From NCBI RefSeq assembly GCF_037042905.1, contig NC_087251.1, forward strand, positions 13,828,001 to 13,892,000: a DNA stretch of 64,000 nucleotides. The letters run 5' to 3'. Each line of letters opens with the position of its first letter. Position 1 is the stretch's first letter. The position numbers were made by a program, and so were the translations under genes. This document shows positions 46,691 through 61,676 of the stretch, piece by piece. The notes beneath the pieces are model-generated. The model was given only the letters and a program-made list of their open reading frames with translations. It was not told the origin of the DNA and ran no database searches. Origin of the DNA: Lytechinus pictus. Its lineage: Eukaryota.

Positions 46691-49669
46691 GTTTTAGTAT
46701 TTTTCATCATTTACAGAAAGTTCCTGCTTTAATCGTGACAAGTGGTTTGAGATCTACGTTGAGTGGTTTGAAGTGTGAGTCATTGCTGCTGGGGTGACAA
46801 GAAACCTAATACAGTCAAACCTGTATTTAAAGACCATCTAGCTAGGGAAGACAAGGGGTGCCTATACCAACACGTCTTTATGGGCAGGTTCTCGTGATAC
46901 ATGTTTAAATTGGGAAATTCCAGAAAAAAAAATTGTGTTTTATAGACAGGTGGTCCCCATTTAGAGTTGGTTTCCAAAGCAGCTTTGATTGAATCTCATT
47001 ATGGTGAGGGAAGAAGTAGGCGTATAACGCAACAATTGGGGGAAGGTCTTCCCTTGATACCATAGGTTGGTGTGATCATTTGAAATCAAAACCAAGAGGT
47101 GTCCTTGCAATACCAACAAAAAAGTCAAACCCCCCCCCCCCCCCCCCCCCAATTTGAGATACAGGCTCTTGTCGCCCCAGCCATGCTTTGCCTCTAGTTT
47201 TTGTTTGGCATTGGGAAATGAATTGAATTCACTACCAAATATCACTTTCATGGGGCATTGCTAGAATCTTGCGATCAATTGCAAGTCTTTGTTCGGTCCA
47301 TCAATCAATCATAAGTTTACGAAATTAATTACAAAATTGCGATTTATTTTTAATCTGCTTCTTGAAACAAGCAGAGTAATCTGATTTGCTGCAGTTAAAA
47401 TTTATCTATCAATTGTAAAATTGGAACAGAATATTTGCCATTGATTGCAAATATTTTCTTTCAACACCCCCTTAGTCAGTAACCAGATCTGATGATTTGG
47501 GTTAACAGAGATAAACACTACAAACCTAGTTTATTAGACTGGATTATGCCAGACACATCCCTTCCCCCTTTTTTCCCCTATTTTTGGTCCCAAGAGACTT
47601 TAACTAGCTAAAGTAAAGTTTGATGCAAATAGATGCTTGGTGAAAATTGAATGGAAATATTTTTCTGACAATTTACAAATCAGACCAAGGGGTTTATACT
47701 AAAGTGTGTAGACATTGAACTTGCGCAATGTTTGGCATAGATGTTGATATTTGAAATATTGCAGTTAAACATGGAACCAGCTCATGCACTGTTGACTGAA
47801 TTAGTACAACATTCTCTAACTTCAGTTGAGTTATTTGATTCGAACTTTGCATTTTCCAGTCATGTGGAATGTCATGTTTGATTTAATTGGTCCTCTTGGA
47901 TGGGCTGTCACACCTAGGACCCATTTCATAAAACTTGTTACAGCTAGTACCAAACTTTTAAGTAAATGTGCAATTTGATTGGCTGATAGTAAACTTGTTA
48001 TAGAATTTTAACGAGTCTTCATGAACTTGGACCCTAGACTAGCAGATGTATGCTGACATATGGTAGTCAATTTATATTTTCATCCTATCTCAATATTTAA
48101 AAGAATTCTATTGGATTGCTGATATCTAAAGAAAAAGAAGTAATTTAACTACACAAATGAATTGATTGAATTATAAAAGGGCTTGCTAAGCTATACATAC
48201 ACAGGTGAAGTCATCCGTATGTGACAAATAAGGCCCTGTATGCTTTTGTTTGAACTGTGCTGTTGTATGCAATTGATTATGCCGTCCGTCTGGTGCTATG
48301 GAGAGATATGATTAGTTAAAATTGTCTGATAGAGGAAGTGGGATGGCAATTAAGGATTTCCAGCTTGTTGAAATTTGAACAACACCTTGGCCCCCGAAAC
48401 CATTGCAAACCATGTACAAGCAAATTATCAAAATTGATTGCATTTCTTTATTTATACATCTGCCACTGCTTTTTTTTTTTTTTTGGGGGGGGGGTGTGCC
48501 TTGTCTATGTGCTATACAACATAGCTGGAAATCATTGCTGCTGTTTTATGAGCTGCACAGGACATCAAATATTTAAGGGACTTGGTGATAACTATGTCCT
48601 TTGATATGCCCTGTCTTGTGCTGTTGATGTGGGGAGTATGTTTTTATCTATAGAATGGAGATGCATGTAGGATTTTCAGTTCAAGATTAATGAACAATAT
48701 TCCTTCAAGGGGAGCTTTCCATGGATACCCGGTAATCTCATACATGGTCTACTCTAGGCCAATCCGACTTGAGGGTTGGTTTGCAAGAACTTGTGCTTAG
48801 TGGAATGCTCCTCTGGGGACCCCATGAGGTCTATCAACCCTTATATACATTCATCTTTCTCCATTGACCTCTCACTGGCTTGCATCGTTTTAATGCTTTA
48901 ATCCCCACTGTCGTGTTGGGTGTAAAATACTCCAAACATATTGTACATCAGCTAGTGAAGTAAACGGTATATATACACAATCTTAATTTTTCCTCTTCAT
49001 TTAGAGTTCAATATTTCCTCTAAATTTATTTAAAGCAGTGACTTTCAATCAATTCATGCACATGCATTTGAAGAAAAAAAAAATCCCAGGGGGGCCACTT
49101 CCATTGACTAGTGGATACCATGCGTGACCAAAAAACACGTATAAAAAGGATCCCTTTTTCGAGATAGGGCACGCCACGTACGTAACGTAATAAGGGTGTC
49201 AAAAACACTAAAATAATGAAAATAAAGGGTATATACTTTGCTAGATAAACTAGACTAAAATGCTTCATAAAGGATCACTGGCGGATCGGGGGGGGGGGGG
49301 GGGGGGGCACAGCCGGCCCATGCCCCCCTTTAGATAAGCAAAATTAAAGTTTGTAATGTAAAAATGCCATTAAAACAGAAGTGAGTCCCCCTTTTGAAAG
49401 TGAAGACTTTTTGCTTGTCAATTTTTTTCGGGGATGAAATATTAATTTTTGGTTAAAAACTTTTTTTTGCTTGATTTTTTTTAATGACATTTTGAGTTTT
49501 TGCTTGATTTCCTCAAACGGTTATATGCACATCAGTCGGTATGCAAATGAGACATGTCATCCACTCACTCTACTTGTTTATGAAATATTCGAATTTTCTC
49601 ATTGTCAAGTGAAGCAACGATTACTTCCTCCCTTAGCATGTGAAATTAGTCTTGTTTAAATACTATAAT

Positions 49670-52600
49670 TAGTCCGGGTTATAATTGAGCAAGGTGCCAC
49701 ACGGAAAAGGAGAAATTTTCATACAGTGCTTCTAGACCAGTTTTTTACGCTGAATATGAATATATGAGGTAACCAGGCTGTATCCTGAAAATTAACCCGT
49801 GAGGGCGCTTTTTTCAAAATGGCCGCCAAATTTTCAGAACATTTGAATTTTCGTACATAGATTTTGACATACACATTCCATTGCCACAAAATTAGTGTCA
49901 TATGAAAGACAAATAAATTCCCTACAATTCGGTACTATTTATAGGTGATAAGTAGGTTATTTGGCTGAGATTTTTAGTAGAAAACTGCATTTTTTGTCAT
50001 TTTTCCCAAAAATTGTAAATTTTGCAAATACATGATTTTATATAATTCTAAAAAAAATGAATCAATTACCTTGAAATGTTCCAGAAAACTTTATTGATAT
50101 ACTATTATCATGTGGATGAAATTCCAACTCTGTGTCATTCTTCTTAGCAAATTTATAAGGTATCAAACTTGAATACTTCAATTTCAGAAATTTCGCTTTT
50201 TGTATGCATTTCCATAGACTAATACGTATAACATGTACATGTATAATATGTATAGTTTGATAAAATTTAAATGCAATTATCTCCGCTTTTTAACCACTTG
50301 GAGAGTTAAGAGTAGGCTTTTCTCTATCAGCTACATAAAAAAAATGTTGGCACATCAAGGCCTGACCCTCTCACGGGTTAGGGGTGTTGAAGACACCCCC
50401 CCCCTTGCCCTTGGCTATATCATGTTGTTGTATATTGCCCCTTTGTTGGAAAAATCACTGTTTTTTGGAGCACCCATTGAAGCAAAAACAGGCATTTCTA
50501 CTATACAGTACAGCCACTTTGATTGCTTTGAAACCACCTGGAGAGGAAAGAGTAGGCTTTGTTCTACCAGCTACATTCAAAGAAGTGGCACATCAAAGCC
50601 TACCCCTCTCGGGGGGGGGGGGGGGTGGGGAGGGCTTTTGCTTAATATTGCCAATTTATTCGAAAATTCACAATTTTGGACCCAACATTGAGGCCAAAAA
50701 GCGTTTGTGCTTTGTTATACACCCCATTTTATTGATTTGAAACCACTTAGAGAGAAAAGAGTAGAGTTTGTTCTACCAGCTACATATAAATAAGCGCTGG
50801 CACATCGAAACCTAGCCCTCTCAGGGGCTGTCTAAGTCACCCCCCCCCTATATCATGTATATTGCCGATGTATTGGATATTTTCACCATTTTGGATCACC
50901 CATTGAGGCAAAAGCGCGTTTCTACTATAGTACAGCCAATTTTCTTTTCTTGCAATGACTTAGAGAAGAGTAGGCTTTGCTCTATCAGCTACATATCAAG
51001 AAGTGTTGGCAAATCAAAGCCTATATCCCCTTCAGAATGTTCAGGGGGCTGTAGAATTTACCCCACCAATTTTCGGTAATTGACTATTTGTTGAAATGTC
51101 GCCATTTTGGAGCCCCCATTGAAGCAAAAAGGCGTCTCTGATATATAATTCTGCCACTTTATTGCCTTGAAACCACTTAGAGAGGAAAGAGTAGGCTTTG
51201 CTCTATTAGCTACATATAAAGAAGTGTTGGCAAATTGAAGCCTATCTCCTTCTGGCGGTTGTAGAAGTTACCCACTAATATTCGGTATTTGGCTATTTGT
51301 TGAAATGTCGCCATTTTGGAGCCCCCATTGAAGCAAAAAGGCGTCTCTGATATATAATTCTGCCACTTTTATTGCCTTGAAACCACTTAGAGAGGAAAGA
51401 ATAGGCTTTGCTCTATCAGCTACATAATTTTGTGCTGGCAAATAAAAGTCTACCCCCTTCTGGGGGCTGTCGAAATCACCCCCCTCACCCTTTGCGTTAT
51501 TGCCTATTTATTGGAAATTCACAATTTTTGAGCCCCCATTGAGGTAAAAAGGCATCTCTGATATATAGTTCTGCCACTTTTACTGCCTTGAAACCAATTA
51601 AGGAGGAAAGAATATGTTTTGCTGTATAAAGAAGTGCTGGCACATTGAAGCTTACCCATCTGGGTGGCTGTCAAATCACCCCACCCCTCTTGCATTATTG
51701 CCTAATTATTTGAAAATTCACAATTTTTGAGCCCCCATTGAGGCGATATGCACTTCTGCTGTATATATAAAACACCTGCAGTATTTCATTTTCTTGAAAC
51801 CACTTGGAGAGGAAAGAGTAGGTTCCCCTCTTTCAGCTATATATAACGAATTGCTGCCTGACCCACTTCAGGGGACTATAGATGTTACCCCACCTTTTTA
51901 AGATTTTTGCCAATTCATTGGAAAACTCGCCATTTTGGAGCCCCCATTGAGGCAAAAAAGTGTTTCTGGTATATAGTAGAGCCACTTCTTTATATGTAGC
52001 TGTGAGAGGAAAGCCTACTCTTTCCTCTCCAAGTAGTTTCAAGGCGGTTATAGTGGCAGAACTATATATCAGAACCGCCTTTTTGCCTCAATGGGGGCTC
52101 CAAAATGGTAAATTTTCCAATAAATAAGCAATAATGAAAAAGGGATGGGGTGATTTCAACAGCCCTCTGATGGGGATAGACTATTATTTGCGAGCATGTC
52201 TTTATATGTAGCTGTTAAAGCAAAGCCTAATCTTTTTCTCTCCAAGTGTTTTCAAGGGTGAAAAAAGGCAGAAACATAATCAGAAATTACTTTCTGCCTA
52301 AATGGGGGCTCCAAAATGGTGAATTTTCCAATAAATAGGCAATAATGCAAAAGGGATGGGGTGATTCAACAGCCTCCCGGAGGGGGTAGGCTTTGCCAGC
52401 ACTTCTTTATATGTGGCTGATAAAGAAAAACCTATTCTTTCCTCCCTAAATGATTTCAAGGCATGTTAAAATGGCAGAACTATATATCAGAAACGCCTTT
52501 TTGCCTAAATGGGGGCTTCAAAATGGTGAATTTTTCAATAAATATGCTATAATGCAAAAGGGATGGGGTGATTTCAACAGCATCCCGGAGGGGGTAGGCT

Positions 52601-54192
52601 TTTCTTTGCCAGCACTTGTTTATATGCAGCTGATAGAGCAAAGCCTACTCTTTCTTCTCCAAGTCATTGCAAGGCAATGAAATTGGCTGTACTATATAGT
52701 ACAAACGCACTTTTGCCTCAATGGGTGATTCAAAATGGTGTAATTTCCAGTAAATAGGCAATATACATGATAATAGAGGGGGAGGGGTCGACTTAGACAG
52801 CCCCTGAGAGGGATAGGTTTCGATGTGCCAGCGTTTCTTAATAATATGTAGCTGATAGAGCAAAGCCTACGCTTTTCTCTCCAAGTAACTGCAAGAAAAT
52901 AAAATTGGCTGTATGATATAGAAACGCCCTTATACCACAATGGGTGATCCAAAATGGTGAAATATCCAATAAATAGGCAATATACATGATATAGAGGAGG
53001 GGGTGACTTAGACAGCCCCTGAGAGGGCTAGGGTTCGATGTGCTAGCGCTTATTCATATAGCTGGTAGAACGAACTCTACTCTCTCAAATCAATAAAATA
53101 CTATAAAGCACAAACACTCTTTTGCCTCAATGTTGGGTCCAAAATGGTGAATTTCCAAATAAATTGGCAATAAGCAAAAGGGGGAGGGGTGATTTCCCCA
53201 GCGCCCCCCCCCCCCCCCCCGAGAGGGGTTGGCTTCGATGTACGTGCCACTTCTTTTTATGTAGCTGGTAGAACAAACATGACAAAGCTTACTCTTTTCC
53301 TCTCCAAGTGGTTTCAAAGTAATTAAAGTGGCTGTACTGTATAGCATAAATGCCTTTTGCCTCAATGGGTGCTTAAAAAAATAGTGATTTTCCAAGAAAG
53401 GGGCAATATACAACAATATGATATAGCCAAAGGGGGTGGGCCGGTGGGGGGGGGGGGGCTTTGACACCCCCACCCCATGATAGTGTTAGGCCTCATTTGT
53501 GCCAACATTTTGTTTTATGTAGCTATAGAAAAAAGCCTATACTCTTAACTCTCCAAGTGGTTAAAAAGCGGAGATAATTGCATTCAAATTTTATTAAACT
53601 ATACATTATACATATCATACATGTACATGTTATACGTATTAGTCTATGGAAATGCATACAAAAAGCGACATTTCTGAAATTGAAGTATTCAAGTTTGATA
53701 CCTTATAAATTTGATAAAAAGACTGATACAGAGTTGGAATTTCATCCACATGATAATAGTATATCAATAAAGTTTTCTGGAACATTTCAAGGTGATTGAT
53801 TCATTTTTCTTAGAATTATGTAAAATCATGTATTTGCAAAATTTACAATTTTTGGGAAAAAATGACAAAAAATGCAGTTTTCTACTAAAAATCTCAGCCA
53901 AATGACCTACTTATCACCTATAAATAGTACCAAATTGTAGGGAATTTATTTGTCTTTTAAATGACACTAATTTTGTGGCAATGGAATGTGTATGTCAAAA
54001 TCTATGTACGAAAATTCAAATGTTCTGAAAATTTGGCGGCCATTTTGAAAAAAGCGCCCTCACGGGTTAATTTTCAGGATACAGCCTGGTTACCTCATAT
54101 ATTCATATTCAGCGTAAAAAACTGGTCTAGAAGCACTGTATGAAAATTTCTCCTTTTCCGTGTGGCACTTTGCTCAATTATAACCCGGACTA
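49670..54192. mobile_element. 4.5-kb palindromic Academ-type non-autonomous transposon
   Basis: TAG...CTA termini; AAT on both flanks (49667-69, 54193-95); near-identical ~600-bp TIRs (identical 60-aa pseudo-ORFs 49719-49901(-) and 53961-54143(+)); internal ~200-210-bp tandem units that switch orientation near 51975. Confidence 0.85.
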
Positions 54193-57100
54193 AATGGTTC
54201 AGTTGGTCCTTGTCGAATATGTGAAAAATTAAAATTTGTATAATTTAAAAAAAAAGTGAAGGACATCATCGACTGCCTCATTGCAGGTCACTGAGTGGTG
54301 CAAATCACTGTTTTTTTTTATAAATATAGCGGAACTTTAAAACGTCATAACTTATTTTTCTTATGTAATTTTCAGTGATATGCTAGTTTGATTTTTCTCT
54401 ATTCATTCAAATCATAATTTTTCTGTGGGTTGACTTGACCTTTAAAGAAATATGCAAGTCAATAGGGCTATATAGGACTGGGAACAATGGAATGGGGGTC
54501 AAACTCAGCCCCTAAAATGTGCAAAACTTAGAAATTCTTGTAGTAGGATGGGGTAAGAAACATATCCCTACATTCAACACAAATTTTACCGATGAACCAA
54601 CTTTTACCACCTTTCTAGCCGCTGTACACCATTTTATTTCTTTCCTCCATTTCCGTACGTGTGTCTCATTTGTCTTCTCCATTTCTGCTCTCCCAAAGTA
54701 GCAGGTTCTACTGAACGTAGATGGCGCTAGACCTACCATTTGGAGGACTGTCCACGGAAATGAAAGGAAGTGGGACTGTCTATACTTTTGCCAGAGCGTA
54801 CAATAATAATTGGCTTACGGGGGGGGGGGGGGACCTGTCTTTATACTGTACATGTATGATTATTCCAAAAGAATGAACCTAAGTAGCAGACAAGAAAAAC
54901 AAACAAATTTCTACATTTTACACGATTCTTGCTACAGTCTGAATCCGGCCCACAATCGAGCACTTTATTTGAATAGTGAGGCTAAACTATATAAAATAAT
55001 ATTTCACTGAGAGTCAAATGATATCAATGACATTCATGAAACTACAATGTTAATATAAAGTACAAGTAGTAGTAAAAATAACAGAATAATGACAAAACGA
55101 ATAACGTTAATGAATGCCATAATAATATCGATCGTAATCATATAATGACAATAACGGTGATGGGTAAATAAAAAATATCTCGCAGGTGGGTGTGAATATA
55201 GTGGTAAACAAGGAATTACCTTACTAAGATATGTTTTTCTTTAGGGTAAACAAAATTATAAAAATAAGTTTTCAGAGATAACATACAAAGTACAAGGCAA
55301 TTGATTAAGGAATGAAAGTCACTTTATAATAAGTCGCTTTAGAGTAATCTAAAGTACAGTTACACATACAAATAAAATACCCGTTTTCTAGCTAAAAGTT
55401 GGACATTTTTTTTGCAAGTATTGCGTTGATCAATAAGAAACGCATAAAATTGTGCCTCGATGTGTACAATACGTATTTGAAATTGGTAGCAGAAATAGTC
55501 TCGCATCCAAAAGTTCAAAGGGCCTCCCATATTTCCGGAACTTATATAGCCACGTTGTCTATTGCTAACAAGGACAAGGTCAGATTGTCGATTGGAATGA
55601 GCCTTGATGAAAACAATCAATGGAAACCGAATGGTGCACGACTTGTGAAATCCTATTTTGGGGGCTATTTTTAACACTGAAGGGAGTAAAGTGTGAGTGA
55701 CTTATATAGGGATATTTACTCGGGGTTCATAAGCAAAAGTGAATTTATACCACTCTTTACTTTTTATTAATGCAGCGTATTCTATCAATGTGAGAAAATC
55801 AACAACAAATCAAATATGATTACGCCCGAAATTTTATGTGTGAGTATTGCAGGGTATTGCAAGCCTTCCTCGGCATGCAGAGGTTCATCTGTAATTGTCA
55901 TCAGCAAAGCAAAATCCGCGATGAAATACAATTTCAATGGTCTGAGATGATTGGTATTAACATTATCGTTTTTACATAACACAACGTCAATGTTTTCTAT
56001 TATTAATCGAGCGGATGTCAAAGTGAACGACCAGAGTATCCCACCATCACACACGACCCCTAAATTTCAAGGTTCGATCTCGAACCGGTGCCCCTCAAAG
56101 TGTCTCTCGATCTTTGTGATCTCCTTTACAGATCATTCACAACGGTTGCTGCCAAACAAATTAGCTATAACAAACCGATGGATTACAAGTAGTCTAAAAC
56201 TTGGATGGGATTCACAACCGCACAGTCAATTATTAATTAAACTTTGGCAAACTGGTACCTTCCTGGGTATAACATTTTCACTCACTGTTTCCGCGATTCA
56301 GCGGAAAGGCTAGGAAGGGGGTAGGGGCACCCCTTTGATTTTACAAGCCTGCATAGAGAATAAAATGGGGATAAAAATCGACTTGATTGGGACTAAACAA
56401 TATCGCGACTAATTCATCGTCATCCCCCCTTCGTACACTGACGCCTCCCTGAATTTTGCAGACTATTATCTTGATAGTTCGGAAAAAGGGGAATTTTTTG
56501 AACGAAGAAATATGTCTACATCATTCTTTTGAGTTTTAGGATAACAAAATACTATTTTTACTTAGAAATGTTTAGAAATGCATCCAGAGGATTTCACACA
56601 ATCGACCATGCCCAAAATATTTCATAAGGCATTATCAATACAATATAGGCCCTTTTACATAACATACATGAACTTTCTTTTACATTACAACCCATAACAT
56701 CGCAATTTGCTGTTTAGAATATCTAGGCACATCGCCCCAGGTCCGAGGGTGGATGAATGCTGATGACTTGGTGTGAATCACAAGTTTGCCAAGCCATGCA
56801 TATGTTGCGATGATGGTTCCTGTGTGAGAGATTAGCTCATGTGTAATCCCCTGTAATTGAAACAGGAAGGAGAAGAAAACAGATAAGTTATAAACATTAT
56901 TATACTCTTCAAGATTAGGTTCATCACAATCTCAGGGATAAGGGTGCCCTGTAAAGAATGATTATGTACTTTACATCGTTATTTCAAGTTTTACACAAAC
57001 ATACATTGATGCTATATATATTTTTTAGTTTGCTACCTACTACTACATATCCTCTTTCTCCTCATCCTACTATACTACTTCTACAATGACTACTAACGAT

Positions 57101-57468
57101 ACTTCTACTGCTGAAACTAATCCGGAAGGGGGTCACTGCTAAAGATCGATCGAGTGGACAGCATTCGCCAGAATGAGTCCTGAAAAAAAAACCACCCTAA
57201 CCCAGGTTTCAAGGACACTCTAAACGTGGATTTTAAGCAGATGTCTCTCTAAATGTCCAAGAATTACACACTCTAAACGGGAATTGTTTATTTTGGTGCA
57301 GATTCACCAGATTTGCAAGATACATACTCTATTCGCGTTTCAGGCCGGATTTGGGGGTCTTTTTTTCTCTCAATTCGGGCACTTAATTTTGACACTCTAT
57401 TCGCGTCTACCCGCGAAAACAACCCTTTTTCTCGCGTATGCCGTCCACTCTGCAATGGCAGTGACTCA

Positions 57469-57487
57469 CTACTACTACTACTACTAT

Positions 57488-57556
<69 letters not shown>

Positions 57557-57624
57557 TACTACTACTTTTACTAGTACAACTAATTCTACTAAACTACTAC
57601 TTCAAGTACTAGTAGTAGTAGTAG

Positions 57625-57669
<45 letters not shown>

Positions 57670-57722
57670 TACTACTTCTACTTGTACTACTAATTCTACT
57701 AAACTACTACTTCCAGTACTAG

Positions 57723-57797
<75 letters not shown>

Positions 57798-58086
57798 TAC
57801 CACTACTACTACTACCTTTAATACTACCACCACTACTACTACTACTACTACTACCACTACTATTACTAATTCTACTAAACAACTACTAAACAACAACTAC
57901 TTCTACTACTACTAATTCTACTAAACAACTACTACCACTACTATTACTACTACTACTACTACTATACTACTACTATTACTACTACTACTACCACCACCAC
58001 CACCACTACTTCTACTACTACTACTACTACTACTATACTACTACTATTACTACTACTACTACCACCACCACCACCACTACTTCTTA

Positions 58087-58122
<36 letters not shown>

Positions 58123-58175
58123 TACTACTTCTACTTGTACTACTAATTCTACTAAACTACTACTTCCAGTACTAG

Positions 58176-58250
<75 letters not shown>

Positions 58251-58590
58251 TACCACTACTACTACTACCTTTAATACTACCACCACTACTACTACTACTA
58301 CTACTACCACTACTATTACTAATTCTACTAAACAACTACTAAACAACAACTACTTCTACTACTACTAATTCTACTAAACAACTACTACCACTACTATTAC
58401 TACTACTACTACTACTATACTACTACTATTACTACTACTACTACCACCACCACCACCACTACTTCTACTACTACTACTACTACTACTATACTACTACTAT
58501 TACTACTACTACTACCACCACCACCACCACTACTTCTTCTACTACTACTACTACTACCACCACCACCACTACTTCTACTACTACTACTAT
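57469..58590. repeat. Compound (ACT)n/(ACC)n microsatellite with a 453-bp internal tandem duplication
   Basis: Identical interrupted blocks offset by 453 bp (ORF-track starts 57882/58335 and 57896/58349). Confidence 0.95.
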
Positions 58591-58990
58591 CACTTATACT
58601 TTTACTGCTTCTACTATGTACATTACTACACTACTCTAGCTTCTATTACTACTTCCACATAACGCCATGAAGAGATTTTCTTGGTGTATTACACTTTAAT
58701 AATCAAATGGGCAGTTTACTGGGCTTGTATATTCATTAGTGTAATGGTCCATTCAAATGATTAGCGCATATTGGAAATGCAAATAAAGAACCAATATGCG
58801 GCCAATATGCAAATCTCATCAAACGCGATTTTAAAGCTGAATCAAATTAAGTGTCAAGCACTATTTCTATATGAAATGGGACGGACGATAAACATTTTGA
58901 TCTAAAAAGAATGACAGAAGAGCTGTACACTTACGTTGTAATATTATACGCCTATATCACCTTTATATACATTGGTACATCTCACTCCTA

Positions 58991-61575
58991 TCAGCAGCAC
59001 CCGCATTTCTTTTTCTGAAAAACAAAAAGAATAACGAAAAAACATATTGACGTAAAGCCCATACAGATATAATCATCAATAAAGGTCATTACTTATAATT
59101 ATTATAATGATATTAATATACAGAATGATTTCAGCCCGAGTATAAGTGGACAATGAAGAATGCCTAATTTATTACCAGGGCTGTGCTTGGGGTACAACGC
59201 CCTATTATACATAATTTTTCAAACGTTTTTTATTTTAAGGAGAAAAGGGTAAAAATATGAGTGAGACGAGGAAAGAAGATACAAAAGCATGAAAAGGGGA
59301 GGTCTAGGTTGTGTGACACTCAGGGACGTCGATCCATTTTCCAGAAGGGGGCAAAATCATGAATCAACGCTCCAAAGGCGCTCGATCACACAAAACAAAC
59401 TCACGCACACACACTCACCCACCCACATACACACACACATATATATATATAGGCCTATATATATATATATATATAAATGAATTTTTCAGTATACTGACCT
59501 GAAAACAGGAAAAGGGTACCTGTTATAAGGACTGTTTGTAGTGACTCATGTAGTGACTCACTAAACAGATAATGCGAGTGCAGAGAGCAAGCTGAAATTT
59601 CTTTATATTCTGACCTGAATGCTTGATATTCTTTCTAAGCATTTTTGGTACCAATGATTAAGATGGTTATCTAAACGAACAATTGATGCAAGCGCGAAGC
59701 GCGCGAGCTGAAATTTTGATTTTTCGATCTGAAAAAATTGACAGTATAATGGACGTTTTTAATAAAGAACAAGATATAAATCCAATAAACGATCATTGCA
59801 AATCGAAGCGGGAGTTCTTTTGAGGTTTATAACTTAAAACGGGACATTCTATTCACCTATTTAATCATGAAAAGTATGGTTTTGGTAAAGAAATGATGCG
59901 AGCACTAAGCGCGAGCTGAATTTTTATTTATTCCAATCTGAAAAGCGGACATTTTGAGCACGATTTTAAATAAGAACGAGTTGTGTATCTCAATCTCGTT
60001 TGCCGATTTCTGTGTTACATTACAATCTTATATGTTTGCCCCCCCCCAACATTTTCATTGGTGGGGCGACCCCCCCCCCCCCCCGGATCGACGCCTCTGG
60101 TGACAATGTATTACCTCTTTTTTTTTTCAATTGAGAAGATCGTCACATTCAGGTTGGCTTATACCTACCTATCAAATCATGGTATCGACCTTGTTTAATA
60201 AATAACATCCTTTTAAAAACAGCTTAATTTGTCATGTTTTCTTTTCTTTATCATAAAACGTCGTTTTTTTGTTTGACACAGGCCAGTTTCTGAACTATGG
60301 TTTAATAAACCCTAGTCTGAAGTTGTGGTTTAACTATATGGATAGCCAATTGAGACACACAATCTCTGACAGTACATGTCAATTTTCCACCTCATTTCCC
60401 ACTAGAATAATTCTTAATTGTCTTAGAATTATAACTGATATTCTAGCATGGAGAAAGAGTACAGAAAACATAACAAAAATATAGGATGATCAAAACAATT
60501 TTGGCATTTTCGCCTTCCCATACTTTTAGCACAGAGTTAGACCAAGGCCTAAGTTAAAATGGACTTCAAAATGCGAGCCATAGGCCTAGTGCCAAATGTC
60601 TAGCTCACTTGTCAATAATTTGAAAAGGTAAAAAAAGAAGAGATAAAGTAACTCGTTTATTAGCTCGATTGCGTCACTCTATTGATCAGAAAAATATGAA
60701 AATTGTGTACAATGCCATTATCCTTCCCATGTTTTACTATAGTGATATATGGATCAGCATGTGCAAAATACATCGATTCATTACAGATACTTCAAAATAG
60801 AGCATACAGAAGAAAATAGTCCATTCAGTCGTGTGTCTATACGTGAGTTATGATGTTCGTTTGGGTTGGAAAACCTTATCAAACAGACGATGTTGTAAAT
60901 ACAATGGTCCTCTCTGATCTATGCCCTATGAAGTATTTTGGATCCCCCCATATCCATAATTTTCCCCTTTTGTTTCAAGATATTTTTGTAAGGCTTTTCT
61001 TATATTACTTGTGATTTAATCCTTGGACCCCATGGAATAACAGTACAGTGTCTATGGGCAGAGCTGAACTGGGTATCCATCCGATTTTCATTTTCATATT
61101 GTTGTTTCTTTGTACATGTTTTTTCTTATTTGTTATTTTATTTCTTGCTTTCATATGTTCATATGTTAATTTATATTTTTTATTGTGAATTTATAAGGAC
61201 AACATATTCATTGGTTCATAAACTCGCTTGGCAGCAAGTATGCCTGCATTATTTTATAATATACATAATATTTGTCAGTCTTTTATGAATTATCAATATT
61301 ATTATTATTATTACTAACATTATTGTCATTATTATCATTACTATTTTTATCATTATCATAATTTGAATGTGATCATCATCATCATATCATAATATCATCA
61401 TCATTATCGTCATCATCACTACCATCATCACCGTAATCTTCATTATCATTTATTATTATTATTATTATCATTTATTATTATTATTATTATATTATTATCA
61501 TCATCATCATCAACAACATCATGCATACTACGACTATCACCACCACTACTACTTCTACTACTATATACTACTACT

Positions 61576-61609
<34 letters not shown>

Positions 61610-61636
61610 GTACTTCTACTACTACTACTAGTACTT

Positions 61637-61676
<40 letters not shown>

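Noticed and set aside
57284..58349. Poly-Y/L/S/V ORFs
   Set aside because: Translations of the (ACT)n microsatellite.
56750..58993. Sec at the microprotein TGA (CC-U-TAG) using the 3'UTR hairpin as SECIS
   Set aside because: The hairpin has an AAA bulge but no AUGA/GA non-Watson-Crick quartet.
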